In this document: positions 28,221 to 37,127 of the stretch, in pieces
Numbering within the stretch: the stretch's first letter is position 1
Layout of the letters: every line of letters begins with the position of its first letter
NCBI GenBank assembly: GCA_022821065.1
Contig: JAJEEK010000017.1
Span: 103-64,102, forward strand
DNA length: 64,000 nt
Reading direction: 5' to 3'
Source: Candidatus Poribacteria bacterium
GTDB taxonomy: Bacteria; Poribacteria; WGA-4E; WGA-3G
Made by a program: the position numbers and the translations under genes
Notes under the pieces: model-generated
What the model saw: only the letters and a program-made list of their open reading frames with translations
Told to the model about the DNA's origin: nothing
Databases searched by the model: none

Positions 28221-29120
28221 CTAACGCTGTCTATTTACAAGATAGATTCCGATTGCCACCAATCCAGTACCTGCCAACAATTCGAGGGTCAATTCATCAC
28301 CTAAAAACAGACGGCTAAAGAGAACGCCCGATATTGGCATCAGGAAAGAGAAGACAACCAATTTGCTCGCCTTGTATTTTCTGAGGGTCCATGTTAACCC
28401 TAAAAAGCAGAAACCTGTGATAATCCAGCCCTGATAGATGAGCCCGGTAGTGCTTGCGAGCGTCCATTCAACGGATTGCTCACGCTCAAAAATGTGGCTG
28501 ATCACGTAAAAGCACGGAATGTTTAAAGCTAAGAGCCAGACGAGGAGTCGGTATGGGTAAATGTCCTGAACGAACACCTTTGTCAGTGTAATACGGAGTC
28601 CTAAGGAACACGCGCTGAGAATAACGATGAGATCGCCGATGAGGTATCCTGTAACGCTACCGCCTTGCAGATTTGGCATGATGGCGAGAAAAACACCACT
28701 GAACGCGGTGATAATTCCGAATGTTTTCGTCAGCGTGAGCCGATCATTTGGGATCCAGAAGTGTCCGAACAGCACTGCAAAAAGCGGGTAGAGACTAAAA
28801 AAAATGGTTGAACGCGCGGCTGTTGTGTATTGGGTGCCGATGTTCAGTGTAATCGTATGCAAAGCGTAAAGGGCGGCGATCAGGAGCAACCGAGTGAATT
28901 CCTGGAAGCGCATCCGCATTGACATCCCGTAGTAAAGTCCTGCGCCACCCACGAAAACAACGCCTAATACACAACGAAAGAGTGCCATTTTTAGCGGTGG
29001 GAAGCCTTGGAGACCGAGTTTAACAGCGAATGGCCCGCCATCGATGAGGGAGACAATGAGCAACATAAAGGCAATAATCTTGCCTGGTGGGTCTTCGTTC
29101 CTAAATTCTTTTTCGAGCAT
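28221..29120 (-). CDS. DMT-superfamily transporter (EamA-like)
   Basis: 299 aa, ten hydrophobic helices in a 5+5 arrangement. Confidence 0.8.
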   Translation of the reverse strand: MLEKEFRNEDPPGKIIAFMLLIVSLIDGGPFAVKLGLQGFPPLKMALFRCVLGVVFVGGAGLYYGMSMRMRFQEFTRLLLIAALYALHTITLNIGTQYTTAARSTIFFSLYPLFAVLFGHFWIPNDRLTLTKTFGIITAFSGVFLAIMPNLQGGSVTGYLIGDLIVILSACSLGLRITLTKVFVQDIYPYRLLVWLLALNIPCFYVISHIFEREQSVEWTLASTTGLIYQGWIITGFCFLGLTWTLRKYKASKLVVFSFLMPISGVLFSRLFLGDELTLELLAGTGLVAIGIYLVNRQR

Positions 29121-29220
29121 AAATGTAAGTGCCTCCTTAAAAGAGGTACCAAGTTGTAATTTTGTGGTATGCTTATTACGCGTCCTGATGTCGGAAATCT
29201 GTGCAGTGGGTATCGGTTTT

Positions 29221-29279
29221 AACTAAGGATACCGTATTTATCCTTAGTTTGTCAAAAAAAACGTTCTGATTTTTTGACA
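29221..29279. promoter_or_regulatory. two adjacent perfect palindromes in a divergent promoter region
   Basis: AACTAAGGATA-ccgtatt-TATCCTTAGTT (29221-29249), immediately followed by TGTCAAAAAA-N10-TTTTTTGACA (29250-29279). Confidence 0.3.
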
Positions 29280-29469
29280 TTTTTTTCGACTTATGTGATA
29301 CTTTAAACGTGAGTTTGATAAAAACATATTGTCGCGCGATGCAGGTCGCATCTGGGGTTTTTGCTTGGGCGTTTCTTCAGGTACGCCGCAAAACTTTATA
29401 GTTTTCGTCCATAGCCCACAAACTGGGAAGTTTGTGGTACAAGAATGGCAAGGAAAATAGAAATTAAAC

Positions 29470-30630
29470 ATGAAAATCAAAAGATTCATAATATTTGCAT
29501 TTGCTTTAGCAATCGTTGCTTTGAGTGTCGGATTTTTCAGTTGTAATAGAGTCGCCTCGGTAGCCTCTGATAGCGAAGTGGCTCGGATGATGGGCGAAGA
29601 GGTTCCGATCGGTGTTGTTGTTGCCCTGACAGGGAAATACGCCGAGGCGTATGGGTTTTCAATGCAACGCGGTTTTGAATTGGCACGAGAAGATATTAAC
29701 AGGCTCGGCGATGTGAATCTGACGTTTATCACTGTGGACGATCAGAGCACGCCAGAGGGAGCGAAGGCAGCCGTACAGCACTTGGTTGATCAAGGTGTAC
29801 CTGCTATCGTCGGGCTTGCTATCTCAACACACCTTAAAGAGGCTGCGCCAATTGCGCAGGAAAATCAGGTCATCGCTTTCAGTTCGGTCTCCTCGGCTGC
29901 AGGTTTGAGCGGAACTGGAGATTTTATCTTCCGCACGAGTCTCGCGACCAATATAAGCATTCCGAGTGGCGTGATGGCGACGCAGGAGAAAATCGGCTAT
30001 CAAAAAGTCGCGACGATCTATGATGCCATCGATGTCTACGCCAGAAGTAGCAACGAAGTGTTGAAGAAGGTACTTGAAGCAAACGGGGTTGAGGTTCTCA
30101 TTGAGGAAACCTTCAAAACCGGCGATACCGATTTTTCTCAGCAACTAACGAATATCATGGCGGTGGAGCCGGATGCCCTCTTTATCTCCGCACTCTCACA
30201 AGAAATAGCGCAGATTGTCGGCCAAACAGCCAAGGTAGGTTTCCCAGATACGATTCGCGTGATTGCGCCTGATTTAACCATGGATGAAGTCCGAAAGGCG
30301 GGTGATGGTGCTGAAGGGACAATAGGTTTTATCGGATGGTCGGGTATGTCTGACGCACCCGGCAACCAAACCTTTATTAAGAATTATCGAGCAAAATACG
30401 GGATTGAACCTGAACCGTGGGCAGCACAGTCGTATGTAACGCTTTATGTTCTTGCCAATGCAATTAAGGTAGCACAATCGGCGGATTCGACAGCCATTCG
30501 GGACGCACTCGCACAGACGAAGGATTTACCGACTATTTTAGGCGATTTCTCTTTTAACCCTGACGGAGATGCCCTGTATGACCAGATTGTATTGGTTGTT
30601 AAGGACGGAGAATTTCAGGTTTTTGAATAG
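29470..30630 (+). CDS. periplasmic substrate-binding protein, LivJ/LivK-like (type I PBP)
   Basis: Lipoprotein-like signal (LSVGFFSC). IGVVVALTGKYAEAYGFSMQRGFELAREDIN is typical of branched-chain amino acid binding proteins. Confidence 0.85.
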   Translation: MKIKRFIIFAFALAIVALSVGFFSCNRVASVASDSEVARMMGEEVPIGVVVALTGKYAEAYGFSMQRGFELAREDINRLGDVNLTFITVDDQSTPEGAKAAVQHLVDQGVPAIVGLAISTHLKEAAPIAQENQVIAFSSVSSAAGLSGTGDFIFRTSLATNISIPSGVMATQEKIGYQKVATIYDAIDVYARSSNEVLKKVLEANGVEVLIEETFKTGDTDFSQQLTNIMAVEPDALFISALSQEIAQIVGQTAKVGFPDTIRVIAPDLTMDEVRKAGDGAEGTIGFIGWSGMSDAPGNQTFIKNYRAKYGIEPEPWAAQSYVTLYVLANAIKVAQSADSTAIRDALAQTKDLPTILGDFSFNPDGDALYDQIVLVVKDGEFQVFE

Positions 30631-30678
30631 TCTATAGTTGCGTCACTCCAAAAATGATAGGTTGTATTGACTGGAGAT

Positions 30679-30709
30679 GTTGGGTTTCACCGCGTTCAAC
30701 CCAACCTAC
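30679..30709 (-). repeat. minimal REP unit of the GTAGGTTGGGTT family
   Basis: GTTGGGTT-tcaccgcgttc-AACCCAAC-CTAC: one hairpin plus the GTAG head (read on the minus strand). Confidence 0.5.
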
Positions 30710-30749
30710 AATCCAGAAAAATAAAAATGACAGAACACTGGCTTACCTA

Positions 30750-31451
30750 TCATCTGATTTTGAGTTCGCTCCACATTGTGGTTGTTTTAACACCTGGGGT
30801 AACGTTTAATCCGGAGATGGTGAAGGCATCCACCCATGCCTCGCCGATCCACTCGTTCGCGATGTTAATGCCCTCCATAACGAAGCCAAGAATCTCGATT
30901 TTATCGAAGTTCGCGTCTTGAAACGATGTGCGGAATTCACCGTTCGCGAACAGCACAAAGTATCCTGAATTAAAGTACAATTCCATCTCTGTGAGGACAT
31001 CGGTCTCCCAGCGGAGGCGTGGTTCTCTGGAGAGTCGGAACCGGAACGGATGGCTGCTGCCTCTGCCGTTGAACCGGCGTGCCCTGATCTCATCAGGAAA
31101 AAACACGTAGAAAAATGGATCGTCTCCAGGGGTGTCGGGGAAGCTGCGTCCGACGCAGAGACCGAAACGCGTTTTGTCGCCGCCGAAATCGGTTATTTTG
31201 ATGGCGAAGTCCCTATAAGGTGGCGGTATTGCGATGAATTGGTAGAGTTCGTAGTCTATTTCCCATTCTCGGTTCACCTCTACGCGTAGCGAACCGTCGC
31301 TTACTTTCCAGATGGAATTCTTGCCGACGGCGTCCCACGCTTCCGGGTTTTCGGTGTCAAAATCGTCGTGCCATGTCTCGGCAGATGCGGACAGGGTGCA
31401 GCTGATAATGGTGTAGAGAAGTATGAAAAGGCTTAGGTTTTTGTGTGACAT
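30750..31451 (-). CDS. secreted DUF1080-like (concanavalin-fold, 3-keto-disaccharide-hydrolase family) protein
   Basis: Signal peptide, then WHDDFDTENPEAWDAVGKNSIWKVSDGSLRV. Paralog of 32408..33103. Confidence 0.65.
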   Translation of the reverse strand: MSHKNLSLFILLYTIISCTLSASAETWHDDFDTENPEAWDAVGKNSIWKVSDGSLRVEVNREWEIDYELYQFIAIPPPYRDFAIKITDFGGDKTRFGLCVGRSFPDTPGDDPFFYVFFPDEIRARRFNGRGSSHPFRFRLSREPRLRWETDVLTEMELYFNSGYFVLFANGEFRTSFQDANFDKIEILGFVMEGINIANEWIGEAWVDAFTISGLNVTPGVKTTTMWSELKIR

Positions 31452-31597
31452 AGAATTATATTTAGCATGACTTACGTAAGAACGGTTTCAGGATTGGAAG
31501 GAAACTGGAAGGTTGGAAGAGTGGCGGCGTTCCGACCATCCTTCCGTTTCTTCCATTCTTCCTATTCTCAATAATTGTGTTGTGTGTAGGTCCTATC

Positions 31598-32341
31598 CTA
31601 ATTGATTTTTATGCAGTCGTACCAGCGTTGTGTTTTCCTTCCTCTTCGGCTGAGGACACCGGGTTCGCGTTCGATCGGTGGATCGAAGTCCCTGTCGTTC
31701 TGTTTTAGGACATCCCAATCTGGCGGGAACCAGGTTCTGAGGGTTTTACAATTCACTTCGAGTGGCTCACCACCCCACCCGCCGATTTTGTAATACATCG
31801 GGCAGACCCAGCGTTCCGCCCCGCGTGCGTAGCGTCGCCAACCGACGACGAAGGCTTGTGCGAGGATAACATCGCCGTCGCGCCAGTGTCGCTCAATACC
31901 ACTCCACGGGTAACCTGTTGTGCCGCCGCCTGCACTAATCTCACTCCACCCTAAATCGTCGCGTAGTGTAATGTAGGAGTAGTTCGTTCCCCACGGCGTA
32001 TCGTCCGTCGCGAAACGCCACTGCTGTCCACGGTACCAGTGGAGCGCGCCTCGAATACTCGAACGGGAGACGACAGCGTTCTCTATGGTCTCTACGATGT
32101 CGAAGCGTCCTCTATTGTTGAACGGATTATGGACCCCCTCGCAGAGGGTCAGCGAGTTGATTTCGGGTCCGAACCATTGCCCGTTTACGCCGGGGGTTCT
32201 GTAGTAGGATCCCGAAGCCGCGGGGTTGGCGCGTTCCCCCGGATTCAATCTCGCGCCTGCGTAGGTGCTCCAAAACGCGATGCCGAGAACGATTATGAGT
32301 AAAATTGCATCAAAGATGATATCCAGATTTTTTTTAAGCAT
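31598..32341 (-). CDS. hypothetical Trp-rich protein with N-terminal membrane anchor
   Basis: 247 aa, one N-terminal TM helix, many W/G/R residues, no recognisable motif. Confidence 0.6.
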   Translation of the reverse strand: MLKKNLDIIFDAILLIIVLGIAFWSTYAGARLNPGERANPAASGSYYRTPGVNGQWFGPEINSLTLCEGVHNPFNNRGRFDIVETIENAVVSRSSIRGALHWYRGQQWRFATDDTPWGTNYSYITLRDDLGWSEISAGGGTTGYPWSGIERHWRDGDVILAQAFVVGWRRYARGAERWVCPMYYKIGGWGGEPLEVNCKTLRTWFPPDWDVLKQNDRDFDPPIEREPGVLSRRGRKTQRWYDCIKIN

Positions 32342-32407
32342 TTATAGGTATTCGTTTTCGGTTTTACCCCCCTAAATCCCCCTTATCAGGGGACTTGAAG
32401 AGTTTTT

Positions 32408-33103
32408 TTACAATTCGGTTTTTAAATAGGACCATGTTGTTGATAGTTTCCGTTTGGGTGAGACAGCGAGTCCGTCAATTGTGAAGTTTTCTACCCAAGC
32501 GTTGCCGACGTTAACGTCCTCTGTTATATACGCTGCTAATACGAAAGCGATCCTATCAATCTGATCGAAATTTGCGTCCGTGAAGTCGATACGGGATTCG
32601 CCATCGGCGGAGAGTTGGAACCTACCATCTTTGAAGTGTAACGTCATCTGCTGGAGTTCTGGTGTGTTCCAACGTTGTCCGGGATCGATGAATAGGTTAC
32701 CGTCTCTTGAGGGTTGCATGTCATTTGTGAAGAAGAGGTAGTAGCCGTATTCATCTTCTATTTCCGGGATCGTGCTTTGGAAATGTTTTGCAAGCGCGAC
32801 ACCGAATCTGGCACGCGATACGCCGACGTTTTCGAGTGTAATCGTAAAGTCGTTGTATGGACCGGGGAAGGCGATGAATTGATAGCGTTCAAAAATCGCG
32901 CGCCACTGCTCTTGTGCCTGAATTTCTGCCTTTAGAAACCCGTCTTCGACTGTCCAGATGGAATCCTCTCCTTTGTGTTGCCAGTTTTCTTCTGATTCCC
33001 GTTCAAAAGAGTCTTCCCAGAAAGCGGCATCCACGCCTCCAAGAGAAATGAGAAGGATACATACGATTGTGATTGCGTTCAGGAGGTATGTGATGTTTTT
33101 CAT
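32408..33103 (-). CDS. secreted DUF1080-like protein, paralog of 30750..31451
   Basis: FWEDSFERESEENWQHKGEDSIWTVEDGFLKA. Same length and layout as the paralog. Confidence 0.65.
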   Translation of the reverse strand: MKNITYLLNAITIVCILLISLGGVDAAFWEDSFERESEENWQHKGEDSIWTVEDGFLKAEIQAQEQWRAIFERYQFIAFPGPYNDFTITLENVGVSRARFGVALAKHFQSTIPEIEDEYGYYLFFTNDMQPSRDGNLFIDPGQRWNTPELQQMTLHFKDGRFQLSADGESRIDFTDANFDQIDRIAFVLAAYITEDVNVGNAWVENFTIDGLAVSPKRKLSTTWSYLKTEL

Positions 33104-33116
33104 TTTAGCGTGTAAC

Positions 33117-33206
33117 GGGCGATGAATCGCCCTACTACAAACGGGTTCACTTACGATTTAGATATTGACGTTTTAGAGTATAACGGGCGAGGTAACCTCG
33201 CCCTAC
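33117..33206 (-). repeat. two REP-like hairpins with GTAG heads
   Basis: Minus strand GTAG-GGCGA-ttca-TCGCC-C (33117-33135) and GTAG-GGCGAGG-tta-CCTCGCC-C (33185-33206). Both are followed by GTTA(C/T)A. The second head supplies the TAG stop of the CDS ending at 33203. Confidence 0.6.
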
Positions 33207-34744
33207 TTTGTAAAAGGTGTGCCATCCCGTTTGCCGAGATAGATGCGGTATGTGGTGCCTGCAGCTGGCACTTCAACCTGTTTGTGGACGAGCCTCCGTC
33301 GGTAGCGTCCTGTGTCAGCATCGTGGACAGCGTGGACGGCACGGATGTGAAGTTGATAGCGCGCATCGGTCAGATTGCTGAATTCAAAATTGCCGTGTGT
33401 GTCGGTTTCCACTTCAAACCGATCCAGCGTCATTGACATGTCATGCGGATGCAGCTCCCACGGATACCACGCGCGCGAGACGATTGCATTTGGCACGGGT
33501 TCGCCGGTATCTGCCCAGCGTACGTGTCCACGCAGTATCGCTGTCGGTTGGTCTGCTACAACGTGGACTGCTTCAGGTTTTGTCGAAGCGTCCACATCAA
33601 TGTTGACTGCTGAGATGCCGTCCCCAACGACATAGAGTGTGTATTTCTCGGCAAACAGTCCGTCAATTGTGAAAGTCGGTTCTGACCCAGGAAAATATCT
33701 CGACAAGATCGGTTTTTGCAAAGCCAGCGGGTTCAGACTGGGTTTCATATCCGCACCTGCTCGAAAGATTTTGACGGCGTACTGTGCGTCCGACGGGAGA
33801 CCCTGTGGCAAAACAATACGCCCTTCAAGGGTCACTCCTTTTTCAAGTCGGATAACGGGTGGCATCTTTCCGATGTCCACGTTCTCGTAGACTCTGGAAA
33901 AGTAGCCGCTTTTGCTCACGTGAATCGAGAGGAACTGCGGTTCGGTCTCTAAGACCTGTATCTGAAAAGTGCCTGTCTCGTCCGTCTGTGTTGAAGCAAG
34001 GTGTGCGCCGTGTGCTTGTGGCGTTTTCGGTCGGCGCGTTGCATAAATCTGGGCGCCTGCTATCGGACGTTCTTGTGTATCAACGACCTTTCCGCGTAGT
34101 GTTTCTATCTCCAATAAGCGGACGGAAATCTGATCCTGTCTTTGTGGGTCAATAGATGCTACATAGGCTATAATAACACCGTCGCGAGAAATTGTCAAGG
34201 TATACGCGATCGGATAGAGCTCCGTCAATTGGAATTTGCCTTGGGTGTCGATTTTTGCTGCGTGTTCAATCGGTGCAGCGGCGCGGAAGAAGTCCGCTGA
34301 GACGTTGTGCATTTTTAGGTTCACGACAAGCCCCGTGAGGTTCCCCGCGCCAGTGACGCTGCCTTCAAGGGATAGGGTGCGTTTCAGTGCGATCTTTCCT
34401 AAATCGTACCGACTTTTTCCGGGTGCCATCTCGTGCCGTAAGTGTCTCGCCTGATACTGCGGGTGGATTGCCATCAATGAGAAAGCGTAATAGGTCTGCG
34501 GTTCGTTAGGAATCGTTAGGGAAAAGGTGCCGTCTTCACCTGTCGCAGTGGCGTGCTCAAAATCGCGGTCGGGGTAGACGTGTGCGGTTTTTTCAGGTGC
34601 AACACGGACAAGCACATCGGCGATCAGATGTCCATTTTCGGCATCGACGAAAGTGCCGTGGATAGACGCGGTATTCGATGTTTCGCAGATACCAACGGTG
34701 GCAGTGAAAAAGAATAGTAGAAAAATTAAACGGGTAATATACAT
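33203..34744 (-). CDS. secreted protein with repeated carboxypeptidase-regulatory-like (Ig-like) domains
   Basis: Signal peptide. Recurring units such as IHGTFVDAENGHLIADVLVRV, LRGKVVDTQERPIAGAQIYA and LRGHVRWADTGEPVPNAIVS. Confidence 0.6.
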   Translation of the reverse strand: MYITRLIFLLFFFTATVGICETSNTASIHGTFVDAENGHLIADVLVRVAPEKTAHVYPDRDFEHATATGEDGTFSLTIPNEPQTYYAFSLMAIHPQYQARHLRHEMAPGKSRYDLGKIALKRTLSLEGSVTGAGNLTGLVVNLKMHNVSADFFRAAAPIEHAAKIDTQGKFQLTELYPIAYTLTISRDGVIIAYVASIDPQRQDQISVRLLEIETLRGKVVDTQERPIAGAQIYATRRPKTPQAHGAHLASTQTDETGTFQIQVLETEPQFLSIHVSKSGYFSRVYENVDIGKMPPVIRLEKGVTLEGRIVLPQGLPSDAQYAVKIFRAGADMKPSLNPLALQKPILSRYFPGSEPTFTIDGLFAEKYTLYVVGDGISAVNIDVDASTKPEAVHVVADQPTAILRGHVRWADTGEPVPNAIVSRAWYPWELHPHDMSMTLDRFEVETDTHGNFEFSNLTDARYQLHIRAVHAVHDADTGRYRRRLVHKQVEVPAAGTTYRIYLGKRDGTPFTK

Positions 34745-34842
34745 ATTGTGTGTTCTGTTAAACAGTTTTGTAAGATTATAACATAAAATGGGCGAAAATG
34801 CAGTAATTAGGGGTTAGCCGTTAGTGGATGTTTTCCGTTTTA

Positions 34843-34874
34843 ATGTAACCTTTTTGGAGGTTTCGCATTCTTAA
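34843..34874 (+). promoter_or_regulatory. candidate ECF-type promoter ATGTAACC-N16-ATTCTTAA, copy 1
   Basis: Lies 68 nt upstream of the ECF sigma ATG. The same bipartite motif with identical 16-nt spacing recurs at 35664-35695. Confidence 0.4.
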
Positions 34875-34941
34875 CTTACGACGAAGTTTCAAATTTAAGG
34901 ACACGAAACCGAAATGAGCGGCGGCTCTAAAACGGGGTGTA

Positions 34942-35541
34942 ATGGCAATGGATGCGTCACGGGATGAAGAATTGGTACATCAAAGCTTAGACGATGAAGA
35001 TGAAGGGGCTTTTGAGATCCTTTATCACCGTTATGAGATGGCACTTCTCAATTTTTTTTATAGACGTGTCGGCAGCTGGGAGACCGCGCAGGATCTGATG
35101 CAAGAGACGTTTATCAAGGTGCATACACACCTCGGGACGCTTCGGGATCGGAAGAAGTTTTCGAGTTGGATGTTCAGTATTGCGAGGCAGCTCATCGCGG
35201 CACATATCCGGGAAAATCGGCGAAACGTCGAAACGGATCCGGTTGACGAAATCTTTGAGACGCATCAGATAGAACCTGAGCATCGTTCACCTGTGGAATC
35301 GATTATCGCTGAAGAGCAGATGGCGATCGTCCGTGCTTTGGCGCAGCGGCTGCCGGAATCAGAACGGCGGGCTTTTGAACTGAGATTAGAGAACATGGTG
35401 CTTGAAGATATTGCCGAAACTTTAGATATTAGTATCTCGGCGACGAAGGTGCGGTTGCATCGCGCGAAAGCCAAATTGGTTGCTTGGATGAAATCGGAAT
35501 ATCCGGGTGAGTTCGACTATCTATTTCGAGATAAAGATTAG
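34942..35541 (+). CDS. ECF-type sigma-70 family factor
   Basis: Region 2 (LMQETFIKVHTHL...FSSWMFSIARQ) and region 4 (LEDIAETLDISISATKVRLHRAKAKL). 199 aa. Confidence 0.9.
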   Translation: MAMDASRDEELVHQSLDDEDEGAFEILYHRYEMALLNFFYRRVGSWETAQDLMQETFIKVHTHLGTLRDRKKFSSWMFSIARQLIAAHIRENRRNVETDPVDEIFETHQIEPEHRSPVESIIAEEQMAIVRALAQRLPESERRAFELRLENMVLEDIAETLDISISATKVRLHRAKAKLVAWMKSEYPGEFDYLFRDKD

Positions 35542-35581
35542 CGGTTGTGGCATATTAAGAAAATTTGCCTGTTTTATGTAA

Positions 35582-35664
35582 TAGGACTTACGCAAAGCGC
35601 AATATTTTTAACCCCCTAAATCCCCCTTAATCAGGGGGACTCTAAGAAAGATGCGTAAATCCTA
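35582..35664. mobile_element. MITE-1 short variant S (same termini, different cargo)
   Basis: AGGACTTACGCA ... TGCGTAAATCCT around a 57-nt cargo containing TCCCCC-ttaatca-GGGGGA. 5-bp duplication TGTAA (35577-81 and 35665-69). Confidence 0.75.
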
Positions 35665-35695
35665 TGTAACCTTTTCTGCCGATTTACATTCTTAA
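35664..35695 (+). promoter_or_regulatory. candidate ECF-type promoter motif, copy 2
   Basis: ATGTAACC-N16-ATTCTTAA, wedged exactly between MITE S and MITE D. Confidence 0.35.
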
Positions 35696-35699
35696 TTTA

Positions 35700-35821
35700 T
35701 AGGACTTACACATGCCGCGCTTTTGTACCACAAACTTCATAGTTTGTGCCATCAGAGTGTTATGTTTTCAGAAAAATTTCATCTAACAGAACCACCTACT
35801 GTCAAAAGTGCGTAAGCCCAG
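35700..35821 (+). mobile_element. MITE-1 copy D
   Basis: Full-length copy with a slightly degraded right terminus (TGCGTAAGCCCA). Preceded by CTTAATTTA, as is copy E. Confidence 0.75.
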
Positions 35822-35830
35822 CTTAATTTA

Positions 35831-35952
35831 TAGGACTTACACATGCCGCGCTTTTGTACCACAAACTTCCCAGTTTGTGCCATCAGAGTGTTATGTTTTC
35901 AGAAAAATTTCATCTAACAGAACCACCTACTGTCAAAAGTGCGTAAGTCCTG
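35831..35952 (+). mobile_element. MITE-1 copy E
   Basis: Full-length copy. 5-bp duplication ATTTA (35826-30 and 35953-57). Confidence 0.8.
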
Positions 35953-36372
35953 ATTTATTGAAAGGAGGTGCAACGTCAAGGCACCCATAACCTAAAGGTT
36001 AGGGCTTGTGCTTCGTCGCAGTTCGCGTTTCCGAAGAAACGTCTTACGTCTGCTCCACAGAGGGACCCAAGCAGCCCTCTCAACCAAAGTTGACTATCTG
36101 TTTTTTTCGAGTGCGTTTACGAACCCACGCTTTTACCTGTGGCAGTTCATTACACCCAAGTTTGTCTATGGCGGTGAGAGCGTAAATACTTTTTTAGTTT
36201 TATGCGCCGCAAAGTATCTAACAACCATAGACTGCGGACAACCTCACACACAACTCTGTGTGATCGAACTTTCCTATCAATATCTTACCAAGTTTAGGAA
36301 AGTTCGTCAACAAAAAAAGGAGCGGTGTTCCTCCCCGAGCTAAAGCACGGGGTTTCCACACCGAAGAACTTG

Positions 36373-37080
36373 ATGACACCGACGGATGTCAAGGAACTGC
36401 TAAAAATTTTAATTGTGGAGGAAGGTCTTCCGATTGATGTTATTGATATGGCACCTTCTCAAGATTTAGAGGCGAAGTATTCAACGACAGAGGCGCGTAT
36501 TAAGGATGTTATCAGCCAATGGAACAAAGATGGTAGAATCCATGTGCTTTCTCCTGGATTACCAGAAATTATGGAGTTCTATGTCAAAACCGACGCTGAT
36601 GCACCCGCAAAAGAGTTGTTGGAAGCCGCAGCCGTCGAAGCACTTCTTGAATCTGTCATAGCCGAACGAAGGTTGCCTATCCGTTTCACCGATTGTGGAT
36701 TCCGGTTGATTACATTATCGGAGGACGACACGACGGGGTACCCTGTTAAAATCCTTCACGGCGGATTCCGATTAGAGAAATGGGGCGGAACGGCGGTAGA
36801 ACTATCGGAACTTGAGACGGTAGTCCATCGATTTGAGGCTTGGTTAAAGGCGAACAGATTGAAAGCCAAAATGTTCCATCGCGGTTTTCAACTCGAGAAG
36901 CGTGCGGAAGCCGAGATACCGCTATCAGATGTCAGTAAGATTGCGGGACAGATACATACAACCCTCAATATTAACTATGTGCTGAATGCTTATGAATACG
37001 CGAACTATGATGAAGCCTCGGAAACGAGTTGGACGAGTGCAGGTATCTGTGTCTCTCTGTGGCGTTTACCGTGGCGTTGA
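36373..37080 (+). CDS. hypothetical protein, member 1 of a tandem paralog pair
   Basis: Start chosen by paralogy (MTPTDVKELLKIL vs MHPNDVKELLNAS). Internal repeats VExLLxSVIAExxLPI and H(G/R)GFxLEK. The SD is weak, so the start is uncertain (the track ORF begins at GTG 36325). Confidence 0.6.
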   Translation: MTPTDVKELLKILIVEEGLPIDVIDMAPSQDLEAKYSTTEARIKDVISQWNKDGRIHVLSPGLPEIMEFYVKTDADAPAKELLEAAAVEALLESVIAERRLPIRFTDCGFRLITLSEDDTTGYPVKILHGGFRLEKWGGTAVELSELETVVHRFEAWLKANRLKAKMFHRGFQLEKRAEAEIPLSDVSKIAGQIHTTLNINYVLNAYEYANYDEASETSWTSAGICVSLWRLPWR

Positions 37081-37127
37081 ATCGCGAAACGGACAGAAAA
37101 TTTGATTTCAGAAAAGGAGAAAAACGC

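Noticed and set aside
31467-31594. An eighth, degenerate MITE-1 copy (ATGACTTACGTA ... TGTGTAGGTCCT with a GGAAGG-rich hairpin cargo)
   Set aside because: The termini match only partly, and I could not find a matching 5-bp flank duplication. It is mentioned as possible but not called as a feature.
34914-34967. A 17-codon upstream ORF (MSGGSKTGCNGNGCVTG) overlapping the ECF sigma start in another frame
   Set aside because: It has only a weak RBS and no supporting conservation that I can assess. It is probably a chance ORF.
35577-35957. The repeat stack as a CRISPR array
   Set aside because: The units are about 120 bp with terminal inverted repeats and target-site duplications, and they are not separated by unique spacers of regular length. 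No cas genes are present.
36008-36343. The 111-aa ORF downstream of the ECF sigma gene as the missing anti-sigma factor
   Set aside because: It has a non-ATG start, no TM helix or zinc-binding anti-sigma motif, and an arginine/serine-rich low-complexity translation. It lies in a hairpin-rich leader region.
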